NCBI RefSeq assembly: GCF_964204865.1
Contig: NC_135253.1
Location: forward strand, 6,634,001-6,698,000
From: Styela clava
Taxonomy: Eukaryota
Direction of reading: 5' to 3'
Length of the DNA: 64,000 nucleotides
The stretch's first letter is position 1. Each line of letters opens with the position of its first letter. Under the pieces are notes generated by a model, which searched no databases, had not been told where the DNA came from, and saw only the letters and a program-made list of their open reading frames with translations. The translations under genes and the position numbers were made by a program. Shown here in pieces: positions 27,101 to 39,100 of this stretch.

Positions 27101-30100
27101 ATGTCGGAACAAAAGGATAACGTTACTAAACTACAAGACAAAGTATGTTTTTTTATACAACGCTTATTTACACCTTTTGCCCTGAACAAGGCCCTGTACA
27201 AGCAGCCACTGGGCAAGGTGAGGGGTATGGGATTTGAACCCGAGATACGCAATCCTACATGTCAACCTTAATAAGTCTAACGCTTAGCAGCTAGACCATT
27301 GTGATGCCTTTTTGATTGTATTCTGACTAATAGTACTCAAATTCTAGATTTCAAACTTGGAGGAGAATTCTTTGAAACCAGACGTCAAAGTACGCATGAA
27401 ATCAAAAGGAAAGACTTCGAAAGGAAAGGAAGGAGAACAAAAAGATATTGATATTGAAAAGGTGAGACCAGAAAATATCAAGGAAATATCTACAGTTGTT
27501 AAACGTGTGAAGATTATTCGAGGAACGCCAGTCGTCACGAAAACTGCTTGCACTGTCAGATGCAATAAAGTCGCTATTTATTTCTGATCTCAACACAAGA
27601 GGAGAAAGATCATGAAAATGAAAAAAAAAAATCAATAAATGAGCACCCTATACATGTCTCTACATATCTTCTCCTCTAATTCTGATCACTGTGACTCTTA
27701 AAGAATTAAATAAACTTTTTCATCAATCTTTTTTCTCTATACTCTATATTCTTCTTTGGCCCGAATACAACATTGCCTATTAAACCCAGAACACATATAT
27801 CATTCCCATACAAAACAATACATATTGTTCCATAAAAAAATTTTAATATTCAACCTACTTTATATGAATACCATGATTATTTTCACTGTTTTTTTATTAT
27901 CCTTTTATTAAATATAATTATCATTATTATTATGATATTTTTTTGTATTCTGTTGCTATGGTTTACAAAATTGATTGAATGTTAGATCCAAGCATTTGGG
28001 AACGCTTTATATCAACATATTGAAATAGGTATTCGTGATATAAGATATATTGCCTGCGGCATTGGCACACAAACTATACTATACCGCTAGGCTGCAGCAC
28101 AATTTTTGTTACGCTTCAGTAAACACAGACAGCCCTAGGGCATATAGAAACATGTGACTAAATTTAAATAATTCTGCGCGCTATATTTTCAATGTTTTAT
28201 TGCAATGGACAAATAGGATAGAACCAAAATGGTATATGTAGAATAGCAACATTGTATAATTTTCAGACACTGTAATTAAACTATTTTTGTAACTGTTTGC
28301 TGAGACTTGATGCAAATTGGTTGCAAATGGTAAACTTATCTGGTAATTTGATATTATTTTGTCTTCTTCGTGTTTATCTGGTTCTTCAATATAAGCATTT
28401 CCTAATTCTTTGCATATAAATATTCTTTAGGATTCTCGGTCATCAGCTGCATCATCATCAGATGAAGATTCTTCAGTTTCATCTCTTGATCAGGAGACAT
28501 CGATCACAGATCAAGATGTTCATGATGCTCCACAGGAAAAAGTGCAAGTAGAAAGCGATGATAAATCTCCAGAAGAATTGAAAATTCTTGTCGATCAGCA
28601 GGAGAAAGATCTCATACATAAAGATGAATTGTTGGAGAATCATACAAAATTACTTGCAGACAAGCAACAGTAAGATAATTGCTATAATTTTTTATTTTAA
28701 TTCTTGTTGTCAAATCCATTCTAGGGATGAGGGTATTGAAAGCTCAAATCTAATGTTTGTTGAATTTCTTCTTTTTGCGTCATGTGCTCTATATGTGAAT
28801 GTGTTTTCTCAGACATTCATGGCCTAATAAGAAAGAATGATATGTTTGGTGAAATTACTGTGTTTTTCATGTCATTCACTCTCATTTCCTTATTCGCCTC
28901 TCTTTTTTTTTCAAAATTCATTGCCAGATAAGACAATTCTATGTAATTAATGATTTCAATTGTCTTAATGCATTATAATCAATTTTCAGGGAATGCTCAG
29001 ATCTACTTGATACGATTGCTGTAATGGAGAAAACATGCAAGGAATTACAAGATGAAATTGAACAAAGGTAACTTAGACTCTAATGTTAATCAAGAATTGC
29101 TGCTAAAATTTTCCTGTATTTATTTTTAAAGATTTGTTGGCGATCTATTTCAGGGGTTCCCAAACGTTTCATGAAATGGAGCCCGTGAGGAGGTTGACTA
29201 TTATTTACGGAGCCCCGAAATAAATTTATAAAAATGAAAACAAAAAACACATTGTTACTTATTGAGCAGCACCTTGTGAACATCTGATCTATTTAATTTC
29301 CAGAAAATTATTTTATATGTCTGTTTTAAATTTTTTTTCTTTTGGGGATAAGTTGTTAGAAATGCATTATTTTAAATCGTTTTGTTTTAAAGAGTAAGTG
29401 AATCACAAAGTGAACCTGGGATTTCATCACTTGCTGAAATGACAGAAGAGGATATTCTAAATTTACCTGCTGTACAAGAGACTTTAAACAAAGCAACTGA
29501 AGATTTAGAAAAATCTTTGAAGACAACTGAACATGAAATAGCTTCATCAAAAGAAGTAATTTCCCATCCCATCTCTGTTGTTTTGACAACGTATATATTA
29601 CAGAAATTTGATTACTATGATTTATTTTATAACTCTTTTAGCAAAGCTACACATTTACCAATGTGCACAAAAACAAACTTTTGCTCGTACTAATTTATCA
29701 TTGTTAAAATCAAAATCTTTTCCCACTGCATTTTAATTTATATGAGTCTGGCAAATGTAGCAACTTTGCCATAAGCAATTGCCCAATTGGGGATTTTATG
29801 ATGATCCATGTTAATGCTATAATAAAGCCATTATGCTATATGTGACCATATATTGTTTGTTCTTAATGATAAGTATTTATTGGACAATGGGAATAAAAAT
29901 CAATTCTCTGTGACTAACATGTTGCGCTCGTTTTTGTAGGAAAAAGAAAGGCTTGTTTCTGAACTTGGCGATGTACAGCGAGAATATATGGCTCTTCTGA
30001 ATGAAAGTAAAGATGTTCAAATGATGCAGGAAAATCAGAATATATTACAGGTAGGAGAAGTGACCAATTTCTATATTGACCGAGTCAGTGGTTCCTAACC

Positions 30101-33100
30101 TTTTGTTTCAAGTGACCGATAATCAGAAATTTTTTTAAAAACTTGCAACCCAAGGATATGCTCAGATACTATGCTGTATGGAAATGCTTATGCCTTATAT
30201 GCTCACAAAATCAACTGACTGATATTAAACAACCATTTTCTTAAAAATTAACTTATGAAATTGTGGTGTGGCTTTACTACCGTAAATCAAAACAGCAGCT
30301 GCCAAGTTTTACGCTGTAATACATCCCATATACACAATTATTATACCAAGTATTATACATTATGTTTACTAAGAAATATTGATTTACATTCTTTGGAATC
30401 TATTTCTTATGTGTTTGATATTGAATTGTAGGATAAAATCAAAGATCTAGAAGGACTCGTAGCGGAACGAGAATCAGAATTACAACAGGCACAGCAAGAA
30501 TATGATGAATTACAAAAACAAACTCATCAGCTGATGCAGGATGTTGAAATCCTAAAACAACAAGATCCGGATACTGATAAGGTAAGATAAGGCTTTTCTA
30601 CTTGCTTTGACAACTGATTAATTCTGATAAGATAATAATTTGTACCAAGAATTTTTTTTGGTCTTTTTTGCTTTTCTCTCTTTGTAAGGCTCGCTATAAG
30701 CCGTTAGGTACACTTAAAGGACCTACTGAGTTATGAAGGATTGTATCTTTTATGTATGGCATATATATTACACATACTCTAACATAGTAGGTATTTTTGG
30801 GATGAACAATGGGCTCACCAGGGTTTGAACATGAAGCCTTTTAGTTGATTTTCAAGTTACATGTGACATCACAAGAAAGTAACCCAGTTAAGAAATATAA
30901 TATTTGGATAAGCTAGCGGAAATAGGTCGGAGTGCTCATCTTTGAAACAAAGTAAAAGCCTTTGTGAGTTCAAGACTTTTTTTTAATTATCTAAAACAGT
31001 GGTTTTCAAACTTTTTAAGTCGCGCATCCTTTTTAGAATATGTCAAGACTCTAGCTCCACCTCAAAAATAACTAGCTAAAAATAAGCTATAAATAACTGA
31101 TAGTAAGGCGGAAGTATGTTTTATTCAAAAAACACGTAGGGAATATGTGGATGGAGCGTAAATAATGAAATAAATGGAAAGTTTTAAAAACAAGTAAGCT
31201 GGGCAAGTTAAAATCCAACAAATTATTTTTTTTTTATAATCAGCTTCAAGCCCCTCGAAAAATTGTCTGCTGTGCCCTGTGGGGCGCGCCCCACTGTTTG
31301 AGAACCACTGATCTAAATGAATTATGAATACGAATACTTGGTTTGGCAGGTTTGGAAATGCCAGGCCATGGCCAGCTTTATTATTTAAACAACTTTAATC
31401 TCTGTCAATATCATTCTCAATTTTACTGGCATTCCTTGGAAACACTAAACACATATCAAAGGTTTTTTATTTCGTACTTCAAAAAAAAATGTTAAATTTA
31501 TGGCAAATTAAATTTTTATTTAACTATTCTGTGTTTACTATTTTTAATGTTATTGGGAAGAGGAGCGTTTTTGTCATAAACCTGTCATAATATTAACAGC
31601 TTATAAATCCCAAAATCCCAACGGTCACTAAATTGAGTTATTAATTAACTTTTTTGAAGTTTTTAACCACCTGGTTTAATTTACTAAACTTGGGATGGTG
31701 ATACAATTTTTTAAGATGTTTGTTATTCCCATGGCCATGCTTGCTTGTACTAGATTTCAAATTTTTTTGGAATAGTTTAAAGTTTTTATTCTATTTACAA
31801 TTGGCTTATTTATGTGTGCTTCAGTTTTGTTGAAGTATTATGAAGTGCTTCATGTTATGATTATTATTGATACTATGAGACGGTTCGCTTTATGGAGTTG
31901 GATAAAACGTACAGACTAGGAAAGACTAAAGAACTTAGTTAGGTAGAACGTTTTAGGTTTTGAGATATTAATAAGTTGGCAGGATTTTTATGAGAGTTTT
32001 TTGCACACCTAACAAGGCAATATAAAAGATCCACTGGTATATGGGAAGCTATAATGTAAAAATAAAACTAGAATTTTTTAGTTTGGAATTGCCTAATCAA
32101 TTTAATACAATCTGGTTATTGGGTTTGAAACCAAGATATTTGACCTTCGACTCTGACATAGATGATTCCAATGCTCTAACAACTATGCTGCCACTCCTAC
32201 ATTAATATTAAAAATGTGAATCAGGAAAATTAGCTCTTTTTCTTATTGTTATTGTTTTATGATTTCTGTGATAATTTTATCAAGGGAAAGTTGGTATTCA
32301 TGTTACTATTTATAGAGCAATGAAATTATATTGAGCCTTTGAAATAGTTTTTTGATATAGTACATACAAGTGATCTAACAAGCAATAGTTCTTTGTCTCA
32401 AGCTCTTCGTCAGTCGGTGTCAAAGTGTAATAACTTTGATAGGCTGTGGTGAACTGAAGAGATAGGGACTATTGCATTTTATGGTGAATGTCAATTTGTT
32501 ATTAAATGTCTTACATATTATATAAAGATGTAAGAAAGACGCCACAGCTAATTTTTTTTTGAAGCTTCAAACATGGAAGTTTTTAAAAAAATTTACCGTT
32601 AAAAAGTGCCGAAAATACTGTCTAACATGACCATATATATATATATAACCTAATTTTCATACAATTTGTTCTCAGGATGAAAAAATTGATGAATTAGAGC
32701 AAACATTGCAGAGGAAATTATCAGAATATAATAGATTATTACAAGAATTACAACAAAAAGAAGAAACTGTAGAAACTCTGGAACAACAAATTGAAAATTC
32801 AAACCAACAATCAAAGGTGATTGAATTTAAATCAAAGAATTTTAGAATCCTACTTCATTAGTTAAGCTGGCTGTTCTTCATATTGAAGATTGTCATTATG
32901 TGGAATAGGATGAGATAGGATTTATATATATTTAACCTGTGGAGAGGAAAGTAGATAAGATAGCTTAATCATATGGCGAACCACAGCATCTCGTCCAATT
33001 ACCAGTCCATGTCAGGTATGGGATTAGTTGTTATCCAGTTGTTTTCGGAAGCTTGGACTTGATGGTGGAGGAAGCTTCGAATTTTTAATCAAATTATTTC

Positions 33101-36100
33101 CTAGAAAAATATATGTACTTAGCCAGTGATTTTCAACCTCTATTGCTAAAATATTTGCAGTCCCACGATTTTGAACTCTAGGCCATTGTGCCCACCTTAC
33201 TCATTTGTTCTTTTGAATGAAAAGTCTGTATAATTATGAGACGGTTAATTTCAATGTAGACCGGAGAATAGTTTTAAAAAGAGAAATCTTTTTTGTATCT
33301 GATCTGTTTTGCGCTTTGGGTCAAAATATTGGGCAAGTTGCACTCAGAGAATGATATCAACATCTTGCCTCATGAAATCATTATTAATGCCTAATGCGAA
33401 GATAAAGTGATTACATTTCAACTTCACAATTGAGAATTGAATACTGTATTCTATCTGAGATGGGAATTCTATATTTTCATTTTGTGTTCTTTTTTTTCCC
33501 TTTTCAGGCCCATGAAGATGAAATTGAATTGTTGCAAAATGAACAACAAATTTTAAATTCTGAAAACGAGAAAATTCAGCAAGAAACTGAACAACTCAAA
33601 TCTAAAGTAGAAGAATTAGAAAATATGGTTTCTGAAAAAGAAAAGGTAAGAATGGGGATTTGATAGATAATTTATTCACTTTTGGGAAAATTATGTAGTT
33701 TTGTTTTACATCTAGTTTAATCGAGGATAATAAGAACTAAAAATATTGTTTAGAAGAATTCTAGAAAGCCGAGATTGCAGAGAGTATGGAAGTATATTTT
33801 ATGTATTCTAGATTGTGTGTAATATCTGATTAAATAATTTGTCGATTAAATTTTTTTGGATATGACTTTGGTATAATTTTTATAATTTGTTGTTAACTTT
33901 ATAATTCTACTATTTGGAATGCTTTTATATCAATTTTTTCAATTCGGTTTTCCTGAAATTTTAATCTATCTTATCAGGAAATAGAAAATAAAGAAAAAGA
34001 ACTTGACACCATCAAAAAAGAAAGATTTATTGAACCTCAATCTGCAATGCTATTTGAAGAGGGTTCCCTTGAGGTATAGCATTTTTGACCCTAAATAGTC
34101 ACTATTCTGTTAGTTAGTGTTATTCATTGTTCACATCTATTCCTCTATGGAAGGTGTATGCCATCTGCAATTGATTTATACATAGCTACTATGCTATTTT
34201 TGTATTGACAAGAGTCTTTCTAGTTTGTGTATAACCTACCCAGTTTATCATACCCCAGGTGGTGGACACGTGGTTTGAATTGAGATACATAACTTTTTTA
34301 TTGAATTGAAATAATCTTCTAAAACAGCTTTACCGGTATTTTACAAAAAATCCTTTTTTTTTCATGCAACCAGGAGGAAGATGCATCCAACTCATCTTCA
34401 TCATCTGATGAGGAGGAATTGAAGCAGGTGGATTCAAGTCTTTCTATAGAGGAGATGACAAAGACTCATGAAGCAGAGATGGAGAATTTGAAGGCATGTT
34501 GATTTGCTGTACTTATTTCAAAACTTTTCTTTGACGACAATTTGAGCATCTCTTATTAAATAAGTATATCTTGCTCTTTTAGAGCAAGTATTCTCAAGCT
34601 CTCACTCGAGTTGTTGAGGAAACAAGAAAGCAACTTGAGGAGGAACATGAGAAGCAGATGAGTGAGATGCAAAATAAACACAAGAAGGAAATTACGGAAA
34701 TTTTATCAGAATCATTTAATGGTAAATTGTCTGCTTTTATACTTGTTTTGTGACTATAAATTATCTGCATCTGTGTGAAAATTGCCACAGCCGTTTTGAT
34801 GATCATGCATTTTTTAAAAACAGTCTTATGATGTTTATACCAAATTTGAACATGGCTTTGAAAGTTTTCAATTTTTTTAAACTAATATGGAATTGACAAT
34901 TTTTCATTTTAAGGTGAAAGTGAACTGGCAAAGAAATTGAGAGAAGAGTTAGATTTGGCCGATCAACTTGATCAAAATTTGATGGGTCATCTGGCTTCTG
35001 GAGGAGTGGACGATAATGAAGATGATGACGTTGATATCTCTACTAAATTGCAGGTGAAATCAAATATAAAGGTAAAATCGAAAAAATAGCAGTGTTTTAA
35101 AGAAGAAGTGACAGAAATTTACAATGAAGAATGGTCATGTATTGCTCATTTATAATGTATTGTTCGTTACATCATTCTCTGCTGTTAAGAAAGTTGGTGT
35201 GAAATGAGGCCGTATGTATCTAAGAAGTTCTGTTTCAAACAGCCTCGCATTCTAAAGTTCCGCTTTAGAATTGATTTGTATATACCAAAATCATTATTCA
35301 TAATTAAAATTATCATTACCTTTCATTAATTAAAACATAATTCAGGTTATCAGAAAGTTTTTTCGGTAACAATTTTCAAATTTTCTAAGTCAATTTTTTG
35401 AGCGTTCCAATCGGAGAAATCTGGTATAATTCCATAATAAATCCATAGTCAGAGCTGAAAACCTGAGGCAAAGTTTGATTTTTGTATTGTGGAATAGAAC
35501 GGTAAAAATAGTTCAAATAACTCATAGTTTAAATTTTGTTCTGGCCATCTGGCCAAGTCCTAACCAGACTTTGACAAGTCTGACCAGAACTGACCAGAAG
35601 TCTGATTTTGATCTGACAAAATGTGTAATGCAACATATTAATTGCTCAAAAAAGTGCTTTTAATTCTTTAATTTTACAGTAAGTACCCTTGTGGTGTGTC
35701 AGATTGATTAATGTACTGGTTCCCACCTTTTTTTGATATATTCCTTCCTTTGCTCATTTCAGAGCCCATTATTCCTCCCTCATTATGCATAGTTACATTA
35801 TTTCTTCAATTTAATTTAAAAAAAATGCTTAGCCAGTAATATGCCGAATGCACAGTTTGGCTTCTGCACAATTTGAATAGTTTATAATGTTCGCATAAAT
35901 CTGTATTACAATAATACTAAATAAGTAAAAAAAATTGTAAAATTACTCTGAATACAGCTTTCTATTGTTTGTAAAGATCATTTATTGGTTCTATTTGAGT
36001 TATTTTTTATTTCAGGGTCTTCTCGATCGTATCCATAAGGAGGGAGTTCAGGTTTTATCGTTATCAGAACTTCAATTTCTCAAATATCATCAACAACATC

Positions 36101-39100
36101 AACCAACAACAAGAACAAGCAGTACAACACCACCACCTATTCCTGCTACTGTGGAAGAAGCCCAACAGGTTCGATTACTCGTTTTGGTAATGTTCAGTGG
36201 GCATTCTAGCAAGGTTTATGTGACTGAGAGAAATATTGTTATAGGTACAATGATTACCAGAATTGTAAAGCAATACAATTGAACATCAGGCATTCCTTGT
36301 TCAAAAAATTTAAAATTCTAGTTCAAGTGAAATCTTGATTTAATTCTTTAGAAATGTTACATTTGCAGAATTATCATATTGTTCTCCTTATATATTATAA
36401 CAAAGAGGTGGTGTAGGCCAACTTATCATGATTATCGACTATATGAGACTAAAAGGTGTCAATTTTTTTTCAGACCTCCATGAGATTAGAAGAAGACATG
36501 AATCAACTAAGGAAAACATGGGAGAATGAAAAACTTGCTTTATTAAATGCAATTCAGGCATTGAAAGAATTATGTATGCAAACAAATGCTGATAATTCAG
36601 TAAGTAATCATAAACTGCCTCTATATTCTACCTGATTTTGATCTTGTGGAAAAGTTAGTGTTCCTATATTAAATGCCTGACTAACAATAATTGGTTACCT
36701 CTTAGGCTTTAGATCTATATTTGTACATAAAACATACCAGACCATTTTTCCCTTTTTCCATGCTACTTTGTTTGTTATTTAGAATGAGCCATTGCCTGAA
36801 ACTGAAGATCCTCGAGGAGATCTGATTCATGCAGTTTCCGATGTATTTGAGAAAGAACGTGACGCTCTTATTGCTGAATTACAAACAAGTGTTTTGGAAG
36901 CTCAACAGCAGAATGCAAGAAAGAGTCCTGGTTTTGATGAACAAGAAATTAATGTTGCAAAAGAAAAATTACAGGAATTGGAAGAGAGGATAAAACAACA
37001 GGTTGGTTTGTACAATGAATTTAATTGTTTTTTGACAATTTAGTGGGTGCTATGGCCTGGGTGTAAGCATTAGACTTAGCTGTTTTGACATGCAAGTTAC
37101 ACATCTTTCACCCACTCCTCACCCAGGGTTTAATAATTTAAGTAGCCAATGCAGAACTGGGATTTCGTTATATGAGAACACTAGTTACATGTCTCTGGTT
37201 CAAATTTCATACCCAGGGATCAAGTGGGTGAGCGAGGCAGAATCGGAAAAGATTCCTGTTTTTCTGAAAATAATTGCTTCGGACATATCGTTAGATATCA
37301 GTGAAAGCTTGTACTGGGCCTCATTTGGAGCGAACGGTGTGAATAAGCGTCATGTAAAAAAGTTTAGCTATTGAAGTTCACTGTTTTTAAATACATTTTG
37401 CTATTTAATTCACTTTATGACTTGTTTTAAAAGTTTGGGTATAAAATTTGGTATAGATTAATATTATACCTAACTGTTTGCGAACTAGGAGACATCATTT
37501 ATAAATATTTAGGAAGAGTATTTTGAAATATCAAATTTGGGATAGAGCTCTTAGCAATCTCGATTTGTTTCTATCATAGCACATCATTGAGAGCATAAAC
37601 TGGATATTATGTGAAAAAGAAAATTCTAGAATACCTAATTGTGCAATCATGGGAACATTATTTATGAATACCCAATAACTATAGACACAAAGAATAGCCA
37701 TTTCAAACATCATTAAAACATTTTCCACTTTATTATCTTGTCATTGGAAGATGATGAGATGTCGTTCATGTGAAGATGATATGAAGATGAGATTGGATTT
37801 TGAATTATTAAGATATGATTTACGTCATCTCGCTTCTGTTATTTCAAGCAATATTAGGATGGTTTGTTGATCATCAATGTTGTAGAAATGTTGTATCGAA
37901 ATCGTTGTAAAAAATTCGTTAAAATTTTGTTTTGAGAATGAAGCAGCATGTGTATTGCAGATGATGTATACCATGTGGGATTTTATAATGATATTACCTT
38001 GTTACCACTTTGTAACTAGACCTAACATTGGCAAACTATGGCTCCTGACCAAATCTGGCCGTTGGGTAATTCAATCTGGCTCGCCTGATGCTGCCACAAC
38101 CAAACTAAAACCGAATTTTGATATTTTACCTGAAAAATAGCTAAACAAATTTGTTGAGATTGCGATTAAATTTAGTTTTGGCACAAGTCTTCTTGTTTTC
38201 CACTTTTGTTCTTGTAAAACTGTAAATATTGTTCATGAAATGTAACTTTTACGTCACACTTACGGGTGGGCTATATTTTTGGCCCCTGGTCCAAGAACCT
38301 TGCCCACCCCTGATCTAGCCGGTTTCCCCACACCAGTCGCTTGCCTGTATTTTGCATTACTAGTTGCTTGTTATTTCATTGGTGTAAAAACAAAAATGTT
38401 GATTTCTAGTGATTACATGTGCAATGTGGATGCGTTACATTGGTATTTAAATTGAATTTTCTGATTTTCCTTATTTGTTTTCAGGGTGAACAACATACTG
38501 ATGCAATTCAAAGATTATTGACTGTTGAAAGAGATTCATTAATAAATGAAATTAAAGATTTGAGAAACGATAGAAAACAAAATTTAAAACAGGTAGATAA
38601 TTTTTTCCTAAATTTTGAATGTTTTCAAACGATTTTGTCAAATTGAAAGTTGGCACTTAACATAAATTAAAAATACGGGTACTCCTGTAGTGTGTGTACC
38701 AGGTTAGGGTTAGGCCATAATTCTATTCCGATTTTCCTTATTTTAGTTCTATTACGAGTTCGGGGACTGTCTGTGTTAGCCAAGTGAAAATACCCCCTGT
38801 CCATAGGCTACAGTCCCTTTTCACAACTCGATGTAAAGTAGGCGAACAAAATTAGGTAGTTACCTCCATATTGGTACACACACTTCTGGAGCGCCAAAAT
38901 ACCAATCATATGAAAGCCTCTGATTCTATCATTTTTGATAAGTTTTTACAGATGGGAAAAATCCCAATTACAGATATATTTTTTTGATTGTGTTGATGCT
39001 TTTAACAGGCTGAAGAAAGAATACATCATCTAGAATCTCAACTAAGTAATAATGGAAACTCTAATTCTCAGAATGTTCAAATGCTGCAAAGTCAAAGTAA

